A stretch of DNA of 63,888 bases, counting the filler. It is 11 parts of 11 records of this genome, joined end to end, with 100 filler letters (N's around TTAATTAATTAA, not from the genome) between each part and the next. Parts side by side here need not be neighbours in the genome. Positions count along the whole stretch, not along the records: positions 41,478 to 46,649 come from SRR31147125_416630; positions 46,750 to 52,165 come from SRR31147125_418050; positions 52,266 to 58,146 come from SRR31147125_422393; 8 more parts are not named here. One strand, 5' to 3'. The notes under the pieces are model-generated. The model made no database searches and was not told the origin of the DNA. It was given only the letters and a program-made list of their open reading frames with translations. Positions 45,011 through 56,152 of the stretch are shown piece after piece; the stretch's first letter is position 1, and each line of letters starts with the position of its first letter. Both the position numbers and the translations under genes were made by a program.

Positions 45011-46214
45011 TCACAGGAACGTAAGATAGCCCGCAGGGGTCCCCGGACCCAATTGTTGAGACGGGCCCTTCAGCACGTCATCGAGGATGTTTGGGCTGAC
45101 AAACCAGGCATTGATTTGAGCCTCGAGGAGTGGATCGGTGCCACACTCGTACTCGCAAGGCTGGTTCAGATCCATGGAGGCAAGAACCTCGTCTACAGAG
45201 GCTCCAGGCCCTGCAGGCAGTTGGAAGGGAACACCAGGCTCCCGAGAAGAAGTGGGACTATCAGGAACACCCGGATACTTCTTGCCCATGGGAACAGGTT
45301 GGTGGGACGGAATGCCATAGGAGGCCTCTGATCCATCCTCCCCCGGAGGAGTGGGACTATCGGGGATACTTATGTTTTCCGGGGAAGAAGATCCCATAGA
45401 CAGGAAAGAACCGGACCGGGCTAAGGAATTGAGGTCTGTAGGCCCGTGCACAGGCGTTGGGCGAGACCGGAAGGGGGAGAAAGGGGGAATCCAACTGAGA
45501 CGGGACCTTGAAGGGCGAATCACCATGGAGATATGGGCACCCCGACGGTGCGGGCACCATTCTTTGTCATTTTCTCTTCGCCTATGTCGAGAAGATTGCC
45601 GAGCGATTCGTTGTTCCTCCTCTTCTTGCTCCTCGTCCTCGTCCTCGTCCATGTCCTCGTCCACTTCTTTCACAACTTGTCTCTTCCTTTTCCTTGTGAT
45701 CATGGGTTCCCCGTTGAATCCGTCACTGTCATTTCCATCGTCCTCCTCGTCCTCCTCGTCTTCTTCGTCCTCTTCCTCATCAAATAATGGAGCCGCCACG
45801 GCTCCATTGCGTTCACGACGAAGAATTGAATTCCACCGATTCTTGATTGCGTTGTCTGTTCGTCCAGGAAGATGCTTGGCAATGAGGGACCATCGATTCC
45901 CAAGAATCTTTTGGTGCTTGATCAACATCTTATCCTCATGAGGACCCCACTCGTTTTTCTGGATATCAGCCCTGAGATGGTTGTGCCATCGTTCTCGAAC
46001 TTGTTTTCCCACTCGCCCAGTCAAATATCCAGCAATACGTGTCCAATCATGTGTGCCGAATTTGTTCACAAGTCTAATCACAAGTTTGTCCTCCTAGGTT
46101 GTCGGCCATCAACCAATGAAAACCAAAAGCACGTGACTCTGTACGTACCTCCGCGGTCCAAGGGTTTTTCTTGTGTCCCTTCAGAGAATAGGATTTGGTA
46201 TTCGTTTGCGGCAT
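45011..46214 (-). CDS. Two-repeat (R2R3-type) MYB transcription factor; one intron at 46094-46148
   Basis: [62 protein letters not shown]...W...ED...[26 protein letters not shown]; acidic and Ser/Pro-rich C-terminus. Confidence 0.9.
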
Positions 46215-46410
46215 TGGGGTGGTGCTTGTACACAGAACGCGGGAGGAAGGTGCCCGTTACGGAAGGGTTTCTCTTCTCTTCTGTCTTACCGCTACACGGA
46301 GAGGACTTCAGCCTCGACAAGACAAGGAGCAAGGGGGTAAGGGGACGAGCCTGCAGTCGCGCGCAGTGCCCACCGACGGCGCAGAGTGGAAATAGCCCTC
46401 TGCTTTCTCC

Positions 46411-46460
46411 TTTTATAGTTGTCCCGCTGAACTTCCTTTTAAGGCTATTCACGTGATTGG
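46411..46460 (-). promoter_or_regulatory. Candidate Pol II promoter of the MYB gene (CCAAT + CACGTG, then TATAAAA)
   Basis: Minus strand ...CCAATCACGTGA...(about 30 nt)...CTATAAAAGG. Confidence 0.45.
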
Positions 46461-46749
46461 ACCACCACTCCCTTCCCCTTTGGTACGTGTCCATGTATGT
46501 CCATGTGTGGTCTCTCTGTATGGGTGTGGTAGGCTCGCGAGGAGGACATGTATATGTTGCCGAAACTGAATGCGAACGTGTGGTCTTTTTGTCAAAATGG
46601 ACTGAGCGAGCATGGGTGTTGTGTGTGCTTGTGTGTGTGTGTGTGTGTGNNNNNNNNNNNNNNNNNNNNNNNNNNNNNNNNNNNNNNNNNNNNTTAATTA
46701 ATTAANNNNNNNNNNNNNNNNNNNNNNNNNNNNNNNNNNNNNNNNNNNN

Positions 46750-47138
46750 GGGGGGGGGGTGTCAGACGTTATGAACGTTGGCCGTTGTGTAACCATCGGC
46801 CGTGGTGCCAGGGGCACACACCGTCTCATGAGCCGAGAGGTTGTCGATCCCTCACCCCCCCACACACATACACATCCCACTCCATCCCTTCTTCTCTTTT
46901 TCCTTTCCTCGGGAACGTACCGTGCTGAGATGCCATGTTCACCATGCCACCACGGCTGTTTGGAACGTAACACAGGAGAGGGCAAGGCGGGACTATCCGA
47001 CCCGTCCGGTCGTGGTTCGAACGGAGACGTACTCTCTACAGGGTCAATAGGAGGTGGCAGGGGTGCGGCGTAGTAGGGATCTCCCAGGACTTCGTACGGT
47101 GACGACCTGCCCCGCTCACTCGAGCAGCACGTCCCCAT
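46750..47138 (-). CDS. N-terminus of a putatively myristoylated/palmitoylated protein; 3'-truncated
   Basis: MGTCCSS (MGxxxS with Cys-Cys), Pro-rich segment, GTACGT donor near 46920. Confidence 0.5.
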
Positions 47139-47204
47139 GACGAAGGGAGGGGAGTGAGGAGGAAGGAGAATTCGGCCGTTCCATCAAACCCATCAAAATG
47201 TACA

Positions 47205-49930
47205 TCAGGTTGCAGGTGGCTTTCGAGGAGGAGGAACGGGAGGAACGGCACCACTCGAAGCAGCAGGTGCACAGGGTTCTCCTCTCTTCCATAGGCTTCC
47301 ATGACGCTGAAACGATGGCCTTCGTGGTCCTGCAACGGGTCGGGTGTCTGTTATCTCGGCTGCCTCAGAAGAGACAAGGGTCGTTGCCGCGCGACTTGGG
47401 AAGGTGGGTTCCACAGATTCTCGACGAAGACCTGGTGCACTGGCCGTCATTTTACGCTCTACGGAGTGTGCAATGATTGACTGAAGAAGGAAGGTAAGAG
47501 GGAAGGCGAAACGTCATCCACACACACACACACCTCCATCTTTCCCACAATTTCTACACGATTCAACTTCTTTGCCAATTCCAAGGGAGTTTTGCCATTT
47601 CCATCCGTCAAGGTTGGATCCACTCCTAAGGGTGGGGTGTTACCAAGGATGAATTCTCCTAGCCAGACCCACCTGCGTCTGTCAGCTGCTGTACGGCACC
47701 CAACCAACACCCAACAACGGCCACATGAAGCGCCGTCTGAAAGAGGGGTGAGTGGGATCGCAAATTTCATAAGGACGGACCTGTCCAGCCTTGTTCTTAT
47801 GGTCAAGATTGATTCCTTGGCGCGTGAGATATGTAATGACTCCAGAGAATCCCTGTTGGGAATTGAGTGACGGCCTCCTAACACACTCGAGACGGTACCT
47901 TGACCATCGCACAGTGGAGAGGTGTGTTGCCTGCTGAATCAAATACATTCACCTCGGCACCACCGCTAAGGAGGACATCAATCATATCCTGGGCGCAGCC
48001 CCGTCGGTTCAATGTCTCCACGAAAGAACAAGAAAAGAGGAATCTACCTTACTTCCCATAGCGGCTGCAAGATGCAGAGGGGTAGTCCTGCGTTTGTTCA
48101 TTGCGTTCACGTCGCCCTTGTAGTCTGCAAGCATCCGAACAATCTTGGGTTCTCCCGTGAGAATGGATTGGTGCATTGGAGTGTCGCGTGTGTCAAGAGT
48201 GGACAAGTTGGCATCGGCCCCTTCGCTCAAGAGGAACTTGGTCACATCCAAATGACAGTACGTCACAGCCCAAAACAGAGGTGTCTCCCCCGTAGGCATC
48301 TGCAAATTCAACAAATCTCGGCCATCTTTCTGTACAGGGGAAGGAAGTCCAGGGGAAACAAAGGGTCTCATGTACGTACAGGATGTTCCAAGAGTGCCTT
48401 ACAACAAAGCAGACTCCCTTTCTTGGCCGCGACATGGAGAGGGCTCCATCCATCCTGTTGTGTGCGTCGTGTGCGTCAGAACCACACAGACCAACTGCCT
48501 GGCATGACATACATCTGAGAAGAAGCACACACTAAGGCCCTTGTTCAGAACCTGTTGGTTGTGTGAACCAACAAGCCCTCATCCATCCATCCAAACACAC
48601 CAGCACCGCTTCCTCCAGATCCCCGTCGGCCACGGCCTCCATCAACCTGAGCTGATTCTTCCGACTATTCGTCTTACGATCAATCGCGGTATCGGATCGC
48701 ATTCGCATCTCCTCATGCTTGGCTTGCTGGTAACGGAGATACTTAACCCGGCATCCCATCCCCATCAAGGCAGCGGAGGTGACGCACACGACCGAGAGCA
48801 GCTACCCAGGCTTCCATATCGTCGATAGACTCGGCCGCAAAGATTCTTTTCCGTCCACCACTACGAAGCTCGAAGGCATTCGATTTTCCACCCTCGAATG
48901 TGGGCGTAACAGACACATCTTCGAGCATGATCACTGATTCTGGAACGACGTCCTGTATTCGCACAGGTGAGAAGGGGACTGAGATTCGTGTTCACCACCA
49001 CCGTACAAGTTGTTCCGAGTAACTTGACAGATCGCCATCGACAAGTGTGTACCTAACAAGTGTGATCAACGTAACCCAAACACACGGGACCGGGGGGACA
49101 TCAAGTACCACCGTCTCTTCCATTGTCCGGCAAGCTTCCCCCGTTTGTACAACCACCCTTCCATGTCCACAGCGAGCTCCGACCACTATCCCACGCTCCC
49201 TCCTCAGACTTCAATTCATCCTTCACCGATCGACGAACGCATACCTTTCGTTCGGGCTTACTTGCCCACACATCGGTTGGCGTCCCCACAAGGATGGGAG
49301 CTTCGGCCTGTGCTTCGTCCGTATGTCGAAACAGAAGCTTCCCTTCACCTCCTTCCTCCCGTGCCTCTCGTAGCAGTGCGACAGGGTGATCACTACCCTT
49401 CAGCTTCTGTTCCTCACCTTTGGACAGGGGATACTTTGTCAACACACCCCCACCCCCACCCTCTATCCAACACACCATCATCTGTAATGAAAAAGAGGGC
49501 AAATTGCTGAGCTTGGTCCGCAGGCATGTGGTGTTTCGCACAACTCCACTCTACGAGTTGCGTCGCCGTGGTATCCAAACGTCCCAGAAAACACTGTTCC
49601 AACGAATATGTGTGACGAACGGACGGATGGACTGCTAGACGGACCCGTTCCCTCACCTTAAACGTGCCATCCGTATCAAACACACGTACGTATTCCTGGG
49701 GGGAGACAGACAAACGTAAACGAAGAGAAGAGAGATCCTCTGACACGATAGGCACCTGATCAGGGGGAAGTGCTCGTCCCTCTGCAACGGCGGAAGCTTC
49801 TCCACTTCCCCCCACTTCCACTTCGATGCTTTCCCCGTAATACGTCAGGAGCACGACGAATACGGTCGGAAAGAAAGTGAAGAAATGCGGATGCCCTCTG
49901 CGCAACCCTGGAGGAGTCGCGTTCCCCCAT
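47205..49930 (-). CDS. Multi-exon RA/FERM-like + PH + ankyrin-repeat protein; start approximate
   Basis: YVRVFDTDGTFK..TTATQLVEWSC.KH....QFALF (ubiquitin-like fold); GWLYKRGK...WKRRWYTL...AFELRSGGRKRIFAAESIDDMEAWV (PH); ankyrin repeats GWSPLHVAA, GETPLFWA, DTPMHQS, TTPLHLAA, GKTPLELA; Pro-rich end PPVPPPRKPP. Confidence 0.7.
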
Positions 49931-50006
49931 ACAGTTGAGAGGCAGAGGGGGGAGGAGATTGGAAGGTACACCCAACCCCATACATTAATAAATAAATGAT
50001 CCGTCC

Positions 50007-50038
50007 ATTTAGTAATTTAGCAATTTAACAATTTAGCA
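50007..50038. repeat. 8-bp tandem repeat ATTTARYA x4
   Basis: atttagta atttagca atttaaca atttagca. Confidence 0.75.
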
Positions 50039-50072
50039 CGCACAACACTCTCACCCACGTACACACGCACAC

Positions 50073-50371
50073 TCACTTCTTCCCTGACTTCTTAATACCA
50101 CCACTTACTAATGGGCCACCCTGTGAAACGAATTATACGTCTCGCTCCTCCCCTTGGGATGGGGGTACCTTTGACGCTCGTTCTGCCATGGCTTTCAACG
50201 CCGCTTGGTCCTCCTTCTGTTTCTGTTGGAAGGCAAGTTCCTCCTGTGTGGACGCGTGGGTCTTAGGTCTGTGTTGACAGGGGCGAAGGTGGTTCACACG
50301 TCGGTCAACTCGTGTTGTGCCTTCTTGGAATGTTTCAGGGGCTTCTTCTTTCCTCCTTGTTTGCCGCTCAT
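50073..50371 (-). CDS. TMA7: Translation machinery-associated protein 7 (3 exons)
   Basis: Spliced product MSGKQGGKKKPLKHSKKAQHELTD|EELAFQQKQKEDQAALKAMAERASK|GGPLVSGGIKKSGKK*. Confidence 0.9.
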
Positions 50372-50484
50372 CTACGAGATCTAAGAGAATCTGGCCTGGC
50401 AGGGTGGGGAAGGAGAGTGCTGCTGCCATCCAAATCAAATGGAACCAATTCTCCCTCCTTCATCACATCATTGAATGAATGAAT

Positions 50485-52165
50485 TCATTTCTTCCAGACA
50501 CGAAGCGGAGACCAAAACGAATGTGTCACAATCGCACGAGAGAATGCCATTTGACACTGAGGGCAAATTCCACCGATGAGTCGAGAGCACTCATGGCAGA
50601 CACACGCGTGTTGACACGGATAGAAGAGAACACTTGGCTCACGAACGTGGCATACAACACACGTGGGCGCCTCACGTGCCGAGGGCAGAACGTCTTGCCG
50701 TACACTGGGCATCGCTAAGCCATCTTCGTACGAAGGAGGTGGAGGCAACGAGGTCCCGCTGCCGCAAGGGAGCATTGGTATGTTGAACGTGACGACTCCG
50801 GCTTCTGGCCGTGTTCGATCCCAGGAATCGTCCATCTTCTCAGACGGTAAAGGCAAGGGCAGAGTAGGAACAACCGGTGGAGCAACTTTCGTTGCATTCT
50901 CCTCAATCGAATCCTCTTCCACGAGATCTACGGGTGTTTTCTCGGGTTCCGTCTTCCCCTCAGGAGGCACATTCACATCTACAGCGCTCTCGTCAACTTC
51001 TGCTGTAGTAGGTGCCACAGCCGCAGGTCTCGAGGAAAGGGTGTGGTACCAGGATACAATCTGCGTGCGTCGCGTTGTCGCCACACCAATCACTACAAGT
51101 AAAAGAACCAGGGGAAACAAGATGCTGAATAACACCTTCCAAGTATCATCCTCCCCTCCGAGGGGCACCGGATGGGGAGAGGGGGACGGTTCGGGAAGTT
51201 GAGCCATCAGAACGGCTTGCACAGCAAACACGGTTCGGACGTCTATCGCTGTCATCACCGCCACATAATACACTCCATCGTTCACGTCATGGAGTTCCAC
51301 AATTCCATCCAGATCACCATCGCTCCATTCATACGAGGTGTCATCCGGTAGAGGGTTCATGTTGGACACGTACACTCCACGCACCTCTCCCGCCAAAGCC
51401 GTCACATTGACACTGATTGTGATGGGGACAGAGCGATCTGGGTTGCGAGTGCGAGTGGGATCGGTCGAGATACGGAAATAACGAACAGGAAGGTCGGCCG
51501 CTTCCACGCTTGTGACGAGGACTTCCCCTCCGTCGAGCAAGTCGACACACTGACCAGCCTTAAGAGAGAAGAAGGCCCCATCGTCAGGAGAGTGGAGGGA
51601 GATTCTGAAATGCCCTTCGGTCTCCCAGAAACCCACAGCGCTGTGGGGAACCACACAAATCTCCTCGTCTTCAAATCTCCACGTATGCATACGATCTGGT
51701 TGGAAACGGGAAGTTCCACGAGTGGATACAACTACTTCCAGTGCACGTTCTTCGTCTTCTCGAACGTGTAGAACAAGATCCGCATTTGGTTCATCCGCGT
51801 ATAACTCATAGTTGCAGTAAGCACCGGCGATTATCTCTCCTCGGATGATTTGGCCCATAGGCAGACTATTCAAAGGTATCGGGCTGGGGCTTGGAGAAGC
51901 AAGGGAAGAGGGGGAGGAGGATGGCAGGGGAGACGGCGATACACTGGCCGATGCCGATGACATTGGACTGGAGCTCACTGTAGGGCTAGACGACGCTGAC
52001 ACGGACACTGATGTTGTAGCGCTTGGCGTGACGCTCGTGGATGCTGACGCCGCAGGAGTAGGGGTTTGACTGAAACTGGACGGGCTGTAGCTGGGTGTCG
52101 TGGAGGAAGTTGGGCTGGAGCTGGATGATACACTCGCCGAAGAAGTTGGGCTGGAGCTGGGTGTT
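50485..52165 (-). CDS. Intronless type-I membrane protein: Ser/Pro/Thr stalk, two PPC-like ectodomains, TM helix, PPxY motif, C-terminal C3HC4 RING; 5'-truncated
   Basis: Uninterrupted ORF of more than 550 codons; TM VLFSILFPLVLLLVVIGVA then TTRR; LPPPPSY; CVVC..LFYPCQHACVCHEC...CPQC. Confidence 0.8.
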
Positions 52166-52314
52166 NNNNNNNNNNNNNNNNNNNNNNNNNNNNNNNNNNN
52201 NNNNNNNNNTTAATTAATTAANNNNNNNNNNNNNNNNNNNNNNNNNNNNNNNNNNNNNNNNNNNNGGGTAGCATCCATTTTGATAAAATTTTTGGGTTCA
52301 ACGAAAGGAACACC

Positions 52315-53868
52315 ATGAACGGGGCCGAATGTTTAATGCAAACGCTGGCGGACGCCGGCATTTCTGTCTGTTTCACCAACCCGGGCACGACCGAAATACA
52401 TCTGGTGGCGGCTCTGGAGAAGGAACCCAGGATTAAAGCAGTACTGGGCCTGTTCGAAGGGGTCTGCTCCGGCGCCGCCGACGGCTTCGCCCGCATGACC
52501 GGTCGACCGGCTGCAACGCTGCTTCACCTTGGGCCGGGACTGGCCAACGCCATGGCCAATCTGCACAACGCTCGCCGCGCCCGTTCACCGATTGTCAACA
52601 TCGTGGGGGACCATCCGTGGTTCCATCGACAAAACGATGCACCATTGGCATCGGACATTGCGACCATGGCCAAACCTGTCTCCGGATGGGTACGTGAGGC
52701 CGCCTCGTCTGAATCGCTGCCGCAAGACGGAATTTCCGCCGTAGAGGCCTCCCTGGCGCCTCCCGGCCAGGTGGCCACGCTGGTCATCCCTTCGGATTGT
52801 GCCTGGGAGCCGGCATCGCCTTTCAGCGGAACCTTCACCCCTCCTGAGCCGCCAAAGGTTTCTGATCGTTCGGTGGATGAGGCGGCCCGTCTGCTTCGCA
52901 ATGGCCAGGGTGATCAACCCGCTGCGCTGATCATCGGCGGCAAAGCACTGCAGGAGATCGGACTAAAGGCGGCAGGACGTATCGCCAAAAAGACCGGGGC
53001 GGTCGTGATGTCCCAGACGTTCGATGGCCGCTTCGAAAGAGGTGCAGGGCTCCCGGCAGTCAAGCGCCTGCCCTACTTCCCCGAGCGTGCGAGGAAGCGG
53101 CTATCACGCTTCCCCCGGGTGATCCTCGCCGGCACACACTCACCCACCGCCTTTTTCGGTTACCCGAATCAATCGACAAAGGTCCTGCTCGATGAGTGTG
53201 CCCTGGTTGAGCTGGCAGCGCCTTCAGAAGACGCGGTCGGGGCACTTGAAGCGTTGGCGGATGCCGTCGGGGCCGGCAAAGAGAAGCCCGAACTTCAACC
53301 AGACCAGCGACCGGAGTTGCCCAGCGGGCCGCTGACGATAGAGTCGGCGGGAGCCGCAGTGGCTGCGCTGCTGCCGGAGAATGCGATCGTTTCCGATGAG
53401 TCCGGCACATCGGGCGGTTATGCATACCTGTTTACTGCCGGTGCGCCACGCCATGACTGGCTCTGCCTCACCGGTGGTTCCATCGGACAGGGTGTGCCCT
53501 TGGGAACCGGCGCGGCCATCGCCTGTCCGGACCGCAAAGTGATCTGCCTTCAGGGTGACGGCGGCGCCATGTACACCCTGCAGGCCCTCTGGACTCAGGC
53601 CCGGGAGAGGTTGGACGTCACGACCGTTATCTTTTCCAACCGGAAGTACCAGATTCTTCAGGTCGAGCTGGCCCGGCTGGGATTTTCTGCTCCAACCGAC
53701 GCCACCTTGAGCACCATGGATCTGGGCCGACCCGATCTGGACTGGATCAAATTGGCTGAAGGGCTGGGTGTTTCCGCCGGTCGTGCGGAAGATGTCGACA
53801 CGTTCATCGAACTGTTGTCGAGTGCCGTACAAAAACCGGGACCGCATTTCATAGAGGCCCGGCTGTAG
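52315..53868 (+). CDS. TPP-dependent enzyme, acetolactate synthase large subunit/benzoylformate decarboxylase-like
   Basis: MNGAECL..TL, FTNPGTTE, LFEGVCSGAADG, LTGGSIGQG, and the TPP motif GDGGAMYTLQALWTQARE..N. Confidence 0.9.
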   Translation: MNGAECLMQTLADAGISVCFTNPGTTEIHLVAALEKEPRIKAVLGLFEGVCSGAADGFARMTGRPAATLLHLGPGLANAMANLHNARRARSPIVNIVGDHPWFHRQNDAPLASDIATMAKPVSGWVREAASSESLPQDGISAVEASLAPPGQVATLVIPSDCAWEPASPFSGTFTPPEPPKVSDRSVDEAARLLRNGQGDQPAALIIGGKALQEIGLKAAGRIAKKTGAVVMSQTFDGRFERGAGLPAVKRLPYFPERARKRLSRFPRVILAGTHSPTAFFGYPNQSTKVLLDECALVELAAPSEDAVGALEALADAVGAGKEKPELQPDQRPELPSGPLTIESAGAAVAALLPENAIVSDESGTSGGYAYLFTAGAPRHDWLCLTGGSIGQGVPLGTGAAIACPDRKVICLQGDGGAMYTLQALWTQARERLDVTTVIFSNRKYQILQVELARLGFSAPTDATLSTMDLGRPDLDWIKLAEGLGVSAGRAEDVDTFIELLSSAVQKPGPHFIEARL

Positions 53869-53929
53869 TCACTCTTATTTGTATGGACCGGTTCGAAGCC
53901 ACAGAAAGTTCCGGATAAGGAGAGAAACC

Positions 53930-56152
53930 ATGCAACAGATCGGCAATGCGGCCGAAGATATCCGAATCGTCAGAGCGACCTCGGCGTTCGATTGCGGCGG
54001 ACGATGTCCGCTCAGACTTCACGTCCGGGGCAACACCATCGTTCGCATCGAAGGCGATGATGCCGATGAGCCTCACCAGTTGCGGACATGCCTTCGCTGC
54101 CGCGCGTATCGGCAGTACATCCATCATCCCGAACGGCTCATGTATCCCCAAAAGAGAGTCGGCCGGCGTGGTGAAGGCAAATTCGAACGCATCTCCTGGG
54201 ATGAAGCCCTCGACACGCTGGCCGGTCAGCTCAAGCGTGTAAAAAAGCAATATGGCAACAGCGCCATTTTACTGATGACCGGCGGTGGCTATCTGGCCAG
54301 CCTGCATCGCGGAGGAGGTGCCGCCCAACGCCTGCTCAACCTGTTCGGCGGCTTTGTGACCCACTACGGCAACATCTCTTCCGAGGGCGCCGTATGGGCA
54401 TCTCTGACACAATACGGTTCGGTCATGGTAGGACATAGCCGGGAAGACATGCTCAACTCAAAGTTGATCCTGCTTTGGGGATGGGACCCGGCGCGCATGA
54501 TTTCGGGCACCAACACCATGTATCACCTGATTCGCGCCAAAGAGAACGGAGCCCGGATCATTTCAATCGACCCCCGCTATCACGACACAGCTGCTACCGT
54601 GGCCGATGAGTGGGTCCCCATTCGGCCGGGAACCGACACCGCCGTGATGTCCGCCATGGCAAATGTGATGATCAAAGAGAAACGCCACGACCAAGCTTTC
54701 CTGGATCGCTACACGGTTGGCTTCGACCGGTTCCGAGACTATGTGACCGGCATAGAGGACGGCATCGAGAAAACACCGGCATGGGCGGCCGACATCTCCG
54801 GTGTGCCGGCCGACACCATCGTCCGGTTGGCCAGAGCCTACGCCGACACAAAACCAGCGGCCCTGATGGATTGCCAGGGGCCGGCCCGCAGCGCCATGGG
54901 AGAGCAATACAATCGCTGCGCCGCCACCTTATGCGCCATGACCGGCAATGTAGGTCGCCCCGGCGGCAGCGCCGGAGGCGGACTGATGGGCATTCCCATC
55001 GGCCACATGTTCCGCAGTCCGGCCATCCCGCCGGGCAAAAATCCTGTTGAGCAGAAGGGCCCCAAAATCAAAGGGACTCTGGATATCCGCGAACGCGTGA
55101 TCAAGCGTATCCACATCAACACCCTGTTCGACGCCATCCTGAAAGGAAAGAAGGGCGGTTATCCGGCGGACATCCGCATGGCCTGGTCCATGTGCAACAA
55201 CTACCTTAACCAGACAGGCAACAGCAACAAGGCGGCAAAAGCACTCGAGAGCCTTGAGTTCTTTGCGACCCAGGAGCTTTTCATGACGCCCCAGGCCCGC
55301 TATGCCGATATTCTTCTTCCGGTTACCAGCGCGGCTGAACGCAGCGATCTGATGCGCCCCTGGCCGTCGGGCCCCTACTTTATGTTCAGCAACCGCGCCC
55401 TCGAGCCGTTGGGCGAATGCAAGGACGATCTGCAGATAGCGGCCGAACTGGCTGGCAAACTCGATATTGAGGACTTCGAGACCCATTCGGAAGAGGAGTG
55501 GTTGCAGCTCTTCTTCGACAACAGCACCGACCTCAAACACCACATCGACGACTTCGAACAATTTAAAAGGGACGGGATCCACCGCGTCGACCTCGAAGAG
55601 CCGGTTGTGGCTTTTCGCAAGCAGATCGAAGACCCTGAAAACCATCCTTTCGACACCCCCTCGGGAAAGATAGAAATCTACTCCCAACGAGTAGCCGACA
55701 TCAAAGAGGGGCTCTGCCCGCCGATCCCCAAATACCTGTCGACCATCGAAGACCGCAGCGACCCGCTGGCAAAACGATATCCCCTGCAGATGATCACCCC
55801 TCATCCCCGCAACCGGGTCCACTCGGAGATGTACAAAGTCGAATGGCTGCGGGAGACTGAAATTCACAGGGTCTGGATCAATCCGGTGGACGCCCGCAAA
55901 CGCGGCATCGAGGATGGTGACACGGTCCATGTCTTCAATGAACGCGGGACCATCGCGATCATTGCATGGGTCACCGAGAGAATCATCCCCGGTGTTGTCT
56001 CGGTCACCGAGGGGGCTTGGTACAACCCGGACGAAAACGGCATCGACCGCGGCGGATGCGCCAACACGCTGACGCGCGATGCCTATTCGGGCGGTGGGGC
56101 GGCCGTATTGAACACATCCCTCGTCGACGTCAGAAAAGAGGACGTGTCATGA
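53930..56152 (+). CDS. DMSO reductase family molybdopterin oxidoreductase catalytic subunit (DmsA/YnfE-like), lacking a Tat signal
   Basis: RBS AAGGAG; DCGGRC..CLRCR, RL.YP.KRVG.RGEGKFERISWDEA, YGNISS (candidate Ser ligand), IRPGTD, TPSGKIEIYS, EGAWY.PD..G.DRGGC.N.LT. Confidence 0.9.
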   Translation: MQQIGNAAEDIRIVRATSAFDCGGRCPLRLHVRGNTIVRIEGDDADEPHQLRTCLRCRAYRQYIHHPERLMYPQKRVGRRGEGKFERISWDEALDTLAGQLKRVKKQYGNSAILLMTGGGYLASLHRGGGAAQRLLNLFGGFVTHYGNISSEGAVWASLTQYGSVMVGHSREDMLNSKLILLWGWDPARMISGTNTMYHLIRAKENGARIISIDPRYHDTAATVADEWVPIRPGTDTAVMSAMANVMIKEKRHDQAFLDRYTVGFDRFRDYVTGIEDGIEKTPAWAADISGVPADTIVRLARAYADTKPAALMDCQGPARSAMGEQYNRCAATLCAMTGNVGRPGGSAGGGLMGIPIGHMFRSPAIPPGKNPVEQKGPKIKGTLDIRERVIKRIHINTLFDAILKGKKGGYPADIRMAWSMCNNYLNQTGNSNKAAKALESLEFFATQELFMTPQARYADILLPVTSAAERSDLMRPWPSGPYFMFSNRALEPLGECKDDLQIAAELAGKLDIEDFETHSEEEWLQLFFDNSTDLKHHIDDFEQFKRDGIHRVDLEEPVVAFRKQIEDPENHPFDTPSGKIEIYSQRVADIKEGLCPPIPKYLSTIEDRSDPLAKRYPLQMITPHPRNRVHSEMYKVEWLRETEIHRVWINPVDARKRGIEDGDTVHVFNERGTIAIIAWVTERIIPGVVSVTEGAWYNPDENGIDRGGCANTLTRDAYSGGGAAVLNTSLVDVRKEDVS

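Noticed and set aside
53879-53929. Upstream extension (MYGPVRSHRKFRIRRE) as a Tat signal for the molybdoenzyme
   Set aside because: No hydrophobic h-region follows, and the RBS AAGGAG points to the ATG at 53930.
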